64,000 bases of DNA from Nitrosomonas communis (GTDB lineage: Bacteria > Pseudomonadota > Gammaproteobacteria > Burkholderiales > Nitrosomonadaceae), in assembly GCF_024102715.1 (NCBI RefSeq), contig NZ_JAGFJM010000009.1:4041-68040 (forward strand), read 5' to 3'. Both the position numbers and the translations under genes were made by a program. The notes below the pieces were generated by a model. It saw only the letters and a program-made list of their open reading frames with translations. It ran no database searches and was not told where the DNA came from. Positions 11,476 through 24,428 of this stretch are shown piece by piece (the first letter of the stretch is position 1; every line of letters starts with the position of its first letter).

Positions 11476-12291
11476 ATGCCTGATTTTTATGCTGTGATTG
11501 GTAATCCGATACGCCATAGCAAATCGCCGATCATCCATATGGAATTTGCCCGGCAAACCCAGCAGGATATGCACTATGAGGCTATTCTAGCGCCACTGGA
11601 TGGTTTCGAGGCGGCAGTTAGAACATTTCAGCAAAGTGGAGGCAAGGGAATGAATGTCACTCTCCCGTTCAAGCTGGATGCTTATGCAATTTCAACTCGC
11701 CTAACAGATCGGGCAACTGCCGCACAAGCAGTCAATACCCTTAAATTTGACGAAAACCATGGCATCCTTGGCGACAACACTGATGGCGCCGGATTGATTC
11801 GGGATATCGAGGTGAATCAAGGTGTTACCATTGTCGGTAAAAGTGTTCTATTAATGGGCGCAGGCGGCGCTGCCCGTGGTGCCATTTTACCGCTGCTGGA
11901 ACGCAAACCATATCTGCTTGCCCTCGCCAACCGCACCAAAGAGAAAGCACAAGTGCTACAGAAGCAATTCTCTTCACACGGCAATATATTATCTGGTCAT
12001 TATCAGGACATTGCTGGAAAGAACTTTGACATCGTTATCAATGCCACATCAGCGAGTCTTCATGGTGAACTGCCTTTTTTACCGACAGGTATTTTTAACA
12101 AAGCATCCCTTGCTTACGACATGATGTATGGCAAAGAACTGACGCCATTCTTAAAATTCGCCCGGCAACAGGGTGTGGATAATCTGATAGATGGCGTTGG
12201 CATGCTGGTCGAACAGGCTGCAGAATCTTTTTTCATATGGCGTGGCATCAGACCTGAAACGAGGAGAATCATTGAAATTTTGAAAAAATAG
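11476..12291 (+). CDS. aroE: Shikimate dehydrogenase
   Basis: GNPIRHSKSP, NVTLPFK, AVNT, GDNTDG, GAGGAARG, GMLVEQAA. Confidence 0.97.
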   Translation: MPDFYAVIGNPIRHSKSPIIHMEFARQTQQDMHYEAILAPLDGFEAAVRTFQQSGGKGMNVTLPFKLDAYAISTRLTDRATAAQAVNTLKFDENHGILGDNTDGAGLIRDIEVNQGVTIVGKSVLLMGAGGAARGAILPLLERKPYLLALANRTKEKAQVLQKQFSSHGNILSGHYQDIAGKNFDIVINATSASLHGELPFLPTGIFNKASLAYDMMYGKELTPFLKFARQQGVDNLIDGVGMLVEQAAESFFIWRGIRPETRRIIEILKK

Positions 12292-12369
12292 CCAATCACA
12301 AACCAAAAGTACTCCATCCATTAAGCTCAGAGTATCAGTCACTCAATTTATACTGCACACATGATCTAA

Positions 12370-13083
12370 TTGCGCACGAGATACATGGCAAAATTACTCA
12401 AACGCTGGCCATGGCGGCTGTCGCTGCTCGCTAGCTGTGCTGCCCTGCTCTATCTAACATGGATACTTCTCCATATTGTTTACTGGAATACTTACAACCC
12501 ACGTACCAGTGCGTTCATGCAGAGTCGTCTGGAAACTTTAAGGCAACTTCATGCTGACGCTACAGTACGCCATCAATGGGTAGCTTATGAGCATATCTCC
12601 CCCCATTTGAAACGGGCCATCATCGCTGCGGAAGACAGCCAGTTCATGAAGCATAATGGTTTCGATTTTCAAGCGATTCAACATGCGCTTGAGAAAAATA
12701 TCAAGCAAGGCGAATGGGTTGCCGGTGGCTCAACCATCAGTCAGCAACTTGCAAAAAATTTGTTCCTGTCAGACCAGAAAACGGTTTGGCGTAAATTTGA
12801 AGAAATGATCATCACCATCATGCTCGAGCACATGATGCCCAAACGCCGGATACTGGAAATTTATCTTAACATGATCGAATGGGGCCATGATGTATTTGGT
12901 GCAGAAGCAGCAGCCCTTCATTACTTCGGCGTATCGGCCTCGGGCTTGTCTGCCAGGCAGGCAGCGTTTCTTGCCTCAATGATCCCTAACCCACGCTATT
13001 ATGATCGAAACCGCAAGACACAGAAGTTACTGAAGAAAAGCAATATCATACTCAGCCGCATGCCTTTAGCCCAGATCCCATGA
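12370..13083 (+). CDS. mtgA: Monofunctional peptidoglycan transglycosylase
   Basis: AAEDSQF, GGSTISQQLAKNLFL, ILEIYLN, FGAEAAA; N-terminal TM. Alternative ATG at 12385. Confidence 0.95.
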   Translation: MRTRYMAKLLKRWPWRLSLLASCAALLYLTWILLHIVYWNTYNPRTSAFMQSRLETLRQLHADATVRHQWVAYEHISPHLKRAIIAAEDSQFMKHNGFDFQAIQHALEKNIKQGEWVAGGSTISQQLAKNLFLSDQKTVWRKFEEMIITIMLEHMMPKRRILEIYLNMIEWGHDVFGAEAAALHYFGVSASGLSARQAAFLASMIPNPRYYDRNRKTQKLLKKSNIILSRMPLAQIP

Positions 13084-13336
13084 GATAGATCTCATCCAGC
13101 AGTCGATTTCCTGGAAGTTTATCGGACCTGGCACATCGCAACCTTGCCACTGCACTGTTAACGCTCTTCTATTCACATTCTTCTATTTCTGCTAGTTGGC
13201 TTAATAGGCCAGACTGGGTTAACATCCCCCCCTTTCTTTTGCTTTTGTTTCATGAATAACAAATCTGTAAAAACAGACGCTCATTCCTGTGATATAACAA
13301 AAAAGACAATATTTGAATCACTCTGTCTGGCAGCTG

Positions 13337-13364
13337 ACAGGAGCTGATTTCCTGTTTGTTTATT
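13337..13364 (+). terminator. Terminator-like hairpin in the mgtE upstream region
   Basis: ACAGGA-GCTGATT-TCCTGT followed by TTGTTTATT, about 30 nt before the mgtE start. Confidence 0.35.
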
Positions 13365-13396
13365 ATGACAACCCTTCTTCTACTGGATAATCTGCC

Positions 13397-14839
13397 ATGA
13401 GTGAAGATAATAATCACCATGAAAATGAAGACTTGCAAAGTAAACTGGAGCGAATAATTTATTTGCTCCGCAAGTACAGGCTGGTAGAAGGATTGGTGCG
13501 TCTGCAAGATTCACCACGGCAAGAACTGGTCGAATCCGTTATCCAGAAACAAAATCTGGCGAGCATTCAGAATGTGCTCGAAAAGCTTCACCCAGCTGAT
13601 ATCGCACATATTCTGGAAACATTGCCACTGGAAGATCGCCTCTTCATATGGGGTCTGGTCAAGGCGGAAAATGATGGAGAGGTACTGCTTGAAGTATCCG
13701 ATGCCGTGCGCGAAACGCTCATTGCTGATATGGGCAGCAGCGAATTGGTGGCAGCAGCCGAACAGCTTGATGCAGATGAAATTGCCGATCTGGCACCGGA
13801 TTTACCCAGCGAAGTCATTGAGGACGTATTCCGGGCACTGCCTCTGGCAGAGCGAGAGCAGCTGCGCGCTGCCATGTCCTACCCAGAAGACTCCGTGGGT
13901 GCGCTCATGGATTTCGACGTCATTACGATACGAGAAAATGTCAGACTTGAGGTGGTATTGCGTTATTTACGGCGCTTGGGTGAATTACCAGACCATACCG
14001 ATCAGCTGTTTGTCGTTGATCGCAATGAATATCTTAAGGGCGTGTTGCTGCTGAATCAGCTGTTAGTCACCGATCCTGAGGTCATGGTCAGCGATGCGAT
14101 GACCAAAGAAATCGCTAAATTTCACCCTCATGACAAAGCACAACAAGTAACCCAGGCTTTTGAACGCTACGATCTTGTTTCTGCCTCAGTGGTTGATGTC
14201 GATGGCAAATTACTTGGACGAGTGACCGTTAACTCAGTCATAGATTTCATCCGGGAAAAAGCCGAAAGTGAAGCACTCAGCCAGGCTGGCTTGAGTGAAG
14301 AGGAGGATTTGTTTGCGCCAATCTGGAAAAGTGTCAGGAACCGATGGGCATGGCTTGCCATCAATCTGGTGACGGCTTTCATTGCCTCACGTGTCATTGG
14401 CTTGTTTGAGGATTCCATCGAAAAACTGGTTGCACTGGCTGCGCTCATGCCGATCGTAGCAGGAGTCGGCGGCAATTCTGGCAATCAAACGATCACCATG
14501 ATTGTTCGCGCGATTGCACTCGGCCAGGTCAGTACCGACAGCACTCTCAAACTGATTGGCAAGGAAATTGGTGTCGGCCTGGTAAATGGCTTAGTATGGG
14601 GCAGCATCGTTGGCTTATTCACCTATCTCATTTATCAGAATATTTCGCTTGGCCTAGTCATGGCTTTGGCCATGGTGCTAAACCTGCTGCTGGCTGCGCT
14701 GGTGGGAGTGCTTATTCCATTGACACGTAAAAAATTGGGTCGCGACCCAGCCATTGGCTCCAGCGTCATGATCACTGCTGTCACCGATAGCGGTGGTTTC
14801 TTCATTTTTCTGGGGCTTGCCACGCTGTTTTTGTTATGA
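13397..14839 (+). CDS. mgtE: Magnesium transporter MgtE
   Basis: Acidic N-domain (LHPADIA), CBS pair, TM domain with MPIVAGVGGNSGNQT and TAVTD. Confidence 0.97.
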   Translation: MSEDNNHHENEDLQSKLERIIYLLRKYRLVEGLVRLQDSPRQELVESVIQKQNLASIQNVLEKLHPADIAHILETLPLEDRLFIWGLVKAENDGEVLLEVSDAVRETLIADMGSSELVAAAEQLDADEIADLAPDLPSEVIEDVFRALPLAEREQLRAAMSYPEDSVGALMDFDVITIRENVRLEVVLRYLRRLGELPDHTDQLFVVDRNEYLKGVLLLNQLLVTDPEVMVSDAMTKEIAKFHPHDKAQQVTQAFERYDLVSASVVDVDGKLLGRVTVNSVIDFIREKAESEALSQAGLSEEEDLFAPIWKSVRNRWAWLAINLVTAFIASRVIGLFEDSIEKLVALAALMPIVAGVGGNSGNQTITMIVRAIALGQVSTDSTLKLIGKEIGVGLVNGLVWGSIVGLFTYLIYQNISLGLVMALAMVLNLLLAALVGVLIPLTRKKLGRDPAIGSSVMITAVTDSGGFFIFLGLATLFLL

Positions 14840-15133
14840 GCAATCCATAATCTTGTGCTTACATTTTCCGGGTTTCCACAAAGCTCCAATCGACTCTACG
14901 CCCTACGCCAGTTATTTTGTATTTTGGGAAAGTAAGAAATTACTTTATGAGATGCTCCAGTTCTTTGATTAAATTTAGGGTGCGCGTTGACTCGATATAT
15001 TTTTTGAAACAGTTTATTACCCTTTCTTTCATATTTGTATGGATATCTAAATATTATCCATGTTATCTCCTTATACTTTAAGGTAATTGCTTAACTTAAC
15101 TATCATTATATTAAACTCCTTTTGATCGACAAA

Positions 15134-18322
<3,189 letters not shown>

Positions 18323-18348
18323 TCACTCCGCCTAGATGACTGCTCAAA

Positions 18349-19881
18349 CTAGTGATCATGGGTTGCGCCAGCTTTACCCAGCTCAGCTTTGATGGCAAAA
18401 CTGTTGCCGGTTGCATATTTTTCCCCGGCAGACAATCCCTTGAGCACTTCAACCATCGTGCCATCGCTGCGGCCAAGCTCCAGCGGACGCGCTTCGAAAT
18501 AATTGCCATAGCGGCCAAATACAACTGACCAGTCACGAAATGTTTGAATTGCTTCTACCAACACAGCCACGGGCACTTGTATTTCTTCTGCCACCAGTTC
18601 GGCAGTCACAAACATGCCAGGCCGCCATCTCCCATCATGGTTATCCAGCTCGACACGCGCTGTCGCAGCACGCGTTGGCCCACCAATCAACGTCGTTACG
18701 TATGTGACGGTTCCCTCTCCTTCCACATCAAATGCAGTTGCTTTAATTGCTGCTTGCTGCCCTACTTTAACCACATTCAAATCTTTTGGATAAACCGTGA
18801 TCGCTGCCCACACTGTCGACACATCGGCAATCGTAAAAATCGCTTTATCTTCTTTTACTGCTTCTCCTAGAACGATTGCTTTCGCAGTGATAATGCCTGG
18901 AATCGGCGCACGAATTTCATAACGGGAAAGATTTTTTCCCGAATGAGCAGACTCAGGACTTACCCCAAGCGCGAGCAACCGCTCGGATGCAAGCTCCAGC
19001 GCAATACTGGCTTCATCCCATTGCTGCTGTGCCGTTAGATATTCCTGCTTGGCAGTAATCTTTTCTTCCCATAATTGCTTTTCACGTTCATAGGTAGTTT
19101 GCGCCAGCGCTAATCGCTTGCGTGCAATGAGATATTGGCTGCGCAAATCTGCCAGCATGGGACTCTCGATAATCGCCAGGATCTCGCCTTTCTGCACATG
19201 CTGGCCATGATGGCGCTCAACCGCAATCACCATGCCTGGCATGCGCGGCACAACCTGCAAGATGGTGTGTTCATTAAAAATGATTTCACCAGGTAATCTG
19301 AGCGTTGGTTTAATGATTGCTGGGATAGCAGTAGCAATTTGAACCCCACTGCTTTTCAAGGTCTCGTCTGACATTTCTACGCGGGCCTCAACTTGGCTAT
19401 AACCCCAGCGGAAAGTGCTGCCATTCCACTCCGCGACAATCGCCAGATCAAAAGAATGCGGTTCTTCTACTTCCTGATCGCCAATCAGATAATCGCTTTC
19501 GGGCGTAAAGCGGAATAACTGGGCGGGTGCGCCAAGCCGCGTCAATGTAATACCAACATTGGCTTCAGTGGGTGGAATCAATTTGCCTTTATGATAAAGA
19601 TAAAGTCGAAATTGGGGCGCTACCCCTTTTTCAAAAATAGTCACCTCCACACTAAAATCATCTGCCGTAAAAAGCTTTCCTCCTCTTGGCCCTTGCGCCG
19701 GTTGATACCGATCACTCCCTCCTCGCTCCTGCAAAGCAGAATCAATGACAAATGGCGCCTCCTTATCACTTGCTACATCACGCACATCAGATGGACGATT
19801 TGCCGGCGTCAGGATGATTATGCCTACGATAATGCCGATGATAATGACAGTAATGATGGGCGCCCATCGTGTTTTCTCCAT
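18349..19881 (-). CDS. czcB: Heavy-metal RND periplasmic adaptor, CzcB type, with N-terminal extra domain
   Basis: N-terminal TM, lipoyl/hairpin core (IRAPIPG), WRPGMFV, LELGRSDG, C-terminal HDH. Confidence 0.9.
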   Translation of the reverse strand: MEKTRWAPIITVIIIGIIVGIIILTPANRPSDVRDVASDKEAPFVIDSALQERGGSDRYQPAQGPRGGKLFTADDFSVEVTIFEKGVAPQFRLYLYHKGKLIPPTEANVGITLTRLGAPAQLFRFTPESDYLIGDQEVEEPHSFDLAIVAEWNGSTFRWGYSQVEARVEMSDETLKSSGVQIATAIPAIIKPTLRLPGEIIFNEHTILQVVPRMPGMVIAVERHHGQHVQKGEILAIIESPMLADLRSQYLIARKRLALAQTTYEREKQLWEEKITAKQEYLTAQQQWDEASIALELASERLLALGVSPESAHSGKNLSRYEIRAPIPGIITAKAIVLGEAVKEDKAIFTIADVSTVWAAITVYPKDLNVVKVGQQAAIKATAFDVEGEGTVTYVTTLIGGPTRAATARVELDNHDGRWRPGMFVTAELVAEEIQVPVAVLVEAIQTFRDWSVVFGRYGNYFEARPLELGRSDGTMVEVLKGLSAGEKYATGNSFAIKAELGKAGATHDH

Positions 19882-19884
19882 TGC

Positions 19885-21270
19885 CTACTCCTTATATTCC
19901 TGGTTGCCGTCAGATTGGCGTGTGCTGTTCATGCCAAGAAGACCATCGAGTGGCGCTGCAATTAAACGCTCGATTTCATTGATCAAGCGCTGATAATTAG
20001 CAAGCGCGCGCACGTACAAAACTCGGTTCTGAAACAAGGCGCGCTGCGCATCTAGCATTTCCAGGAAACTGAATCTGCCTAACTCATAACCTCTATTCGC
20101 CACTTCAAAAGCACTTCTAGCCCCCGGCAGCACCTCGTCATGCAATAACTTAATCTCATTCTGCGCTGCCAGTAATGACTGATAAGCACGCGTCAGCTCC
20201 GTTCTGAGCAGCAAATCTACTGTCATCTGCTCATCCTTAGCCTTGTTCAAACGCTGATAAGCTTCCTGCAGATTACCCTGATTTCGGTCGAATAATGGAA
20301 TGGGTATGGATAAATTCACCACAGCAGTGGTATCTTCCGATATCAAGTAACGCCTTACCCCACCTCCCAGCGTCACATCAGGAATACGCCGCGACTTTTC
20401 AAGTTCGATCAATGCTGCACGATGCTCGACATTTTTTACTCCACGCTGCGCCAAGGGATTATTCAGAATGTGATGCTCAAGTACTTCAAATGCTGGTATC
20501 AAAACAGTTGCTTCAAGATCTCCCAGTACTTCGCCAAATTGTGGGATAGCACTGCCCCACAAAAGTGACAATTGCGTCCTGGCTGAAGCAAGATCCCGTC
20601 GTGCTTGTTCGAGTTCAATGGTTGCCGTTGAAAGCGCGACTCTGGAGCGCGTTTCTTCAATAGGTGGCGCTTTACCTGATTCAACTCGCTTATAAGCTGT
20701 ATCCACCACTTTCCGGGTCAATTGTAAAGTTTCCTCTGCCACCCGCAACCGCTCTTGTCCTGCCAATACATCGATAAACGTATTGGCTGTTCTTGCAATC
20801 AGCTCTAGTCTTTTTACTTCATAACTTTTATCAGCCAGCTCCTGACCTAGTGAAGCAACATCCATGCGGGCACGACGCTTTCCGCCGAGCTCAATCAGCT
20901 GACTAATACGGAAAGTGGTAAAACGCTGCAGCGCCGGGTTAGAGGAATTAACATCTTCTGCCTCAACTGTAAAATCAGGATTTCTGAACTTGCTGGCCTG
21001 AAGTTTTGTTCCTTCAAAAGCGAGTATCTCCTTAGAAAAAGAAGCAAGTTCAGGATTGTTTTGCAACATAAGCGCCAACACATCGCGCAAGGTTAAATTG
21101 GCTTCCTTGCGAAGTAACAGCTGTGCTGACTGATTCATATTCAAATCTAGCGAATCAGAATTTGCCTCTGCCCGGAACGGGTAATAAAAAAATATCAGAA
21201 GCAGTATTAAGATTTGCATCTTATGCAGCAAACATGAACATAATAGCGCGCCCTGTGATTTAAATTTCAT
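19885..21270 (-). CDS. czcC: TolC-family outer membrane factor, CzcC type
   Basis: QLIELGGKRRAR, IPIPLFDRNQG, YELGRFSFLEMLDAQR; GAGGA RBS. Confidence 0.9.
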   Translation of the reverse strand: MKFKSQGALLCSCLLHKMQILILLLIFFYYPFRAEANSDSLDLNMNQSAQLLLRKEANLTLRDVLALMLQNNPELASFSKEILAFEGTKLQASKFRNPDFTVEAEDVNSSNPALQRFTTFRISQLIELGGKRRARMDVASLGQELADKSYEVKRLELIARTANTFIDVLAGQERLRVAEETLQLTRKVVDTAYKRVESGKAPPIEETRSRVALSTATIELEQARRDLASARTQLSLLWGSAIPQFGEVLGDLEATVLIPAFEVLEHHILNNPLAQRGVKNVEHRAALIELEKSRRIPDVTLGGGVRRYLISEDTTAVVNLSIPIPLFDRNQGNLQEAYQRLNKAKDEQMTVDLLLRTELTRAYQSLLAAQNEIKLLHDEVLPGARSAFEVANRGYELGRFSFLEMLDAQRALFQNRVLYVRALANYQRLINEIERLIAAPLDGLLGMNSTRQSDGNQEYKE

Positions 21271-21305
21271 TGCATCCTCTGCAAAAGCATTAAATACTTA
21301 TAGCT

Positions 21306-21327
21306 TGTGCTCATAATGATGAGCACA
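21306..21327. promoter_or_regulatory. Perfect 9-4-9 inverted repeat upstream of czcC (operator or RNA hairpin)
   Basis: TGTGCTCAT-AATG-ATGAGCACA; the core CATAATGATG recurs at 21381-21390. Confidence 0.5.
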
Positions 21328-21442
21328 TTACCAGCATTGTTGAATTAAGCTAAATCTACACCGCAAGAGATACTTACTTGCATAATGATGCGTATAACTA
21401 CCGCCAAAAAAGTACTGCTACAAGTGTGACCTAACGATTCAA

Positions 21443-21826
21443 CTATAAAGTGGCAGAAATGCTTCGAGGAGGACGAAATGGAGAATCTGGAATAGATTCA
21501 GGGATAATGTCAGAAACAAATACCATCAAAATTTCTGTTTCAGCAACCGAGGCCAATATCGACAACGATGCGTTCACAAAAAAAGGCTGATATTGCCCGG
21601 CTGCATGAAGACATAAATGCGTTGCCGCATCCAGCTCACCGCTATCACCCAGGGCATGATGCAAATCAAGATGCTTCTGTGGATCAGCAGTAAATAAGGC
21701 AGCATGATAGTGATGATCCAGTTCATGAGCGAAGACTTTGTCATTAAACGACCAACCTAATGTATTCGTGAGCATACTCACAAGAAAAATCAGAATGACA
21801 GAATTCGTAACTAATTGCTTATGCAT
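21443..21826 (-). CDS. His-rich exported small protein, CzcI/DUF2946-like
   Basis: Hydrophobic N-terminus, HELDHHYH/HLDLHH/HLCLH, C-terminal PDSPFRPPR; first gene of the czc run. Confidence 0.7.
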   Translation of the reverse strand: MHKQLVTNSVILIFLVSMLTNTLGWSFNDKVFAHELDHHYHAALFTADPQKHLDLHHALGDSGELDAATHLCLHAAGQYQPFFVNASLSILASVAETEILMVFVSDIIPESIPDSPFRPPRSISATL

Positions 21827-21911
21827 ACTTGCATTCCATCGCTGCTCATGACTTTTATTTGAGGTATAAATGATTAGGCTAATCGGTCTTCTGCTGACTG
21901 TAAAGAAAAAA

Positions 21912-22508
21912 TTAAATAACTTCTACTCCTTCTGCCAGCAACATATCCACTAATGCGATAAGCGGCAATCCAATCAGAGCATTTGGATCATCACCCTTCA
22001 TCTGTTCGATCAATGCAATTCCGAGTCCTTCAGATTTGGCACTTCCCGCACAATGATAAGGCTGCTCTTTGGACAAATAACGCTCGATTTGCTGATCGCT
22101 TATCTCGCGAAATTTAACAAAATAGGGAACAACACATTTTTGTAGCCGATGATTACGGCTATTTAATAAACATAGCGCTGTATGAAAAATAACCTCTTTA
22201 CCTCGCATTAAACGTAATTGCTTGACTGCATTAGCATAATTCAGCGGTTTACCCAATTGAACACCTTCCAGCACAGCGACCTGATCTGCCGCGATGATGA
22301 GCGCATCGTTATAAATTGCGGCAATAGCACGTGCTTTTTCTTCCGCTAATCTAAGTGCGGTGGCTTCAGGTATTTCATCTTGCAAAGGCGCCTCATTAAT
22401 AGCCGGATTTGCCGATTCAAAAGGAAGTTTTAGCCGCTGGAGAAGTTCGTGACGATATAACGAACTGGATCCCAAAATAAGTCTTGGGTGAACATACTGT
22501 GTTTTCAA
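21912..22508 (-). CDS. yceF: Maf family nucleotide pyrophosphatase (YceF-like)
   Basis: [31 protein letters not shown]; divergent from yceD. Confidence 0.9.
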   Translation of the reverse strand: MKTQYVHPRLILGSSSLYRHELLQRLKLPFESANPAINEAPLQDEIPEATALRLAEEKARAIAAIYNDALIIAADQVAVLEGVQLGKPLNYANAVKQLRLMRGKEVIFHTALCLLNSRNHRLQKCVVPYFVKFREISDQQIERYLSKEQPYHCAGSAKSEGLGIALIEQMKGDDPNALIGLPLIALVDMLLAEGVEVI

Positions 22509-22571
22509 AATGTTATAATGCTTATAATAGATTTTGACACTTAATTATAAAAAATATAGCATGTATCGGTT

Positions 22572-23081
22572 ATGCGTAAACGTTTTATCATAAATTCTCT
22601 CAATTTTGTCCGCAATACCGGAGTACATCATGGTAAAATTCTGCCCGCTGAATTGGAACGTTTACGCGAATACTTGTCAGATCATGCTGGAGAGATCGCT
22701 TACTCGATAAGTGGTATTCTTGACGAAAAAGGTAGACCGGTACTTAAAATAATAATTACAGGAATGATCACGCTTTGCTGTCAACGTTGCCTTAGTAAGC
22801 TAGAACATACATTGGATGTGAAAACTCATTTGCTGATAGCAAGAACTCAAGACGAGTACTCATCTTATGATGAAGATAATTCAGTTGATGCCATTCTAGC
22901 ATCTCCTGATATGGATGCACTAACACTTATTGAAGATGAGATCATTCTGAGCTTACCCATTTCTCCTCGTCATCTGGAAAATGAGTGCTCAATAAATAAC
23001 ATTACTATCAACACTTCAGAAGCAACAAAAGCAGTCGTTAAGAAACACCCCTTTGCTTCACTGAAGTCGTTGAAAAAATAA
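22572..23081 (+). CDS. yceD: YceD/DUF177 ribosome-biogenesis protein
   Basis: CQRCL, LIEDEIILSLP, HPFASL; directly upstream of rpmF. Confidence 0.9.
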   Translation: MRKRFIINSLNFVRNTGVHHGKILPAELERLREYLSDHAGEIAYSISGILDEKGRPVLKIIITGMITLCCQRCLSKLEHTLDVKTHLLIARTQDEYSSYDEDNSVDAILASPDMDALTLIEDEIILSLPISPRHLENECSINNITINTSEATKAVVKKHPFASLKSLKK

Positions 23082-23114
23082 ACATACTAAAGTTTAATTT
23101 GGAGTCAACATATT

Positions 23115-23297
23115 ATGGCTGTTCAGCAAAATAAAAAATCCCCTTCCAAGCGTGGCATGCATCGTTCTCACGATTTTCTGACTAACCCACCTTTAGCCAT
23201 AGAACCTACTACTGGAGAAGTACACTTACGTCACCATATTAGTCCGAATGGATACTATCGCGGCAAGAAAGTTATTAAAACTAAAAACGACGAATAG
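23115..23297 (+). CDS. rpmF: 50S ribosomal protein L32
   Basis: [31 protein letters not shown]; Zn-free variant with no Cys. Confidence 0.98.
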   Translation: MAVQQNKKSPSKRGMHRSHDFLTNPPLAIEPTTGEVHLRHHISPNGYYRGKKVIKTKNDE

Positions 23298-23378
23298 ATT
23301 CTGTAGACATTTCTGATCTTGATTTTATCAAACACCACCCCCACAACTGTCATAGCGTCTTATTAAGAGTAATCCAAA

Positions 23379-24425
23379 GTGAACATCACTGTGGCGATTG
23401 ATTGTATGGGCGGTGATCATGGCCCGCATGTTACAGTCCATTCAGCAGTGGAGTACTTGCTCCACGATCCGGAGGTAGACATTATTCTGGTTGGCATTCC
23501 TGATGCGATCGAGGCTGAGTTACGTGCCATTAACATGCCTCTTGGTCCACGAATAAGGCTATATGCTGCAAGTGAAGTCGTAGGTATGGATGAACCCCCG
23601 GCGCTAGCTTTGCGAAACAAAAAAGACTCATCCATGCGTGTCGCAATTAACCTGGTTAAAAGTGGTGAAGCGCAGGCGTGTATTAGCGCTGGCAATACAG
23701 GTGCATTATTAGCGACATCCCGATTTGTTCTAAAAACCATTCAGGGTATCGATAGACCAGCGCTTGCAGTTGTTTTGCCCACCATTACAGGACATACCTA
23801 TATATTGGATTTAGGTGCAAACGTTAATTGTACTGCCGAACACTTGTTACAATTTGGTATGATGGGCGCCACGCTGGTTTCTTCTATTGAAAACAAGAAA
23901 GCTCCTAGCATTGGTTTACTAAATATAGGCGAAGAAGACATCAAAGGTAATGAAGTGGTCAAGCAAGCAGCAGAATTACTGCGAGACAGCGGGTTAAATT
24001 TCTACGGTAACATCGAAGGCGATGATATCTATAAAGGAACAACAGATGTCGTAGTTTGCGATGGCTTTGTTGGCAACGTTGCCTTAAAAACATCAGAAGG
24101 CGTGGCGCAAATGCTCGCTACTTTTTTACGCCAAGAATTTAAGCGCAATATATTTACAAGAGCCGCAGGGTTTGTAGCACTGCCTGTGATCAACGCTTTC
24201 AAACAGCGAGTTGATCATCGTCAGTATAATGGCGCCAGCCTGCTAGGGTTACGCGGCATTGTTATAAAAAGTCATGGATCTGCTGATAAGCATGCATTCT
24301 GCGCGGCCATCAAACGAGCTACTGAAGAGGTGCGTGGAGGGATGTTACGCCATATCAGTGAGCACATAGCAGAATTACAGCACAATATCAGAAAAAACAA
24401 ATTAAATTCAGTCACTGCGGAATAA
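23379..24425 (+). CDS. plsX: Phosphate acyltransferase PlsX
   Basis: [43 protein letters not shown]. Confidence 0.97.
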   Translation: MNITVAIDCMGGDHGPHVTVHSAVEYLLHDPEVDIILVGIPDAIEAELRAINMPLGPRIRLYAASEVVGMDEPPALALRNKKDSSMRVAINLVKSGEAQACISAGNTGALLATSRFVLKTIQGIDRPALAVVLPTITGHTYILDLGANVNCTAEHLLQFGMMGATLVSSIENKKAPSIGLLNIGEEDIKGNEVVKQAAELLRDSGLNFYGNIEGDDIYKGTTDVVVCDGFVGNVALKTSEGVAQMLATFLRQEFKRNIFTRAAGFVALPVINAFKQRVDHRQYNGASLLGLRGIVIKSHGSADKHAFCAAIKRATEEVRGGMLRHISEHIAELQHNIRKNKLNSVTAE

Positions 24426-24428
24426 ATA

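Noticed and set aside
13084-13396. M-box (ykoK) Mg2+ riboswitch upstream of mgtE
   Set aside because: I could not find the conserved M-box sequence elements; only a generic hairpin is present.
15047-15073. Strong RBS (AAGGAGA) plus ATG downstream of czcA on the minus strand
   Set aside because: The ORF is only MDNI-stop, and other frames give nothing recognisable, so a pseudogene call is unsupported.
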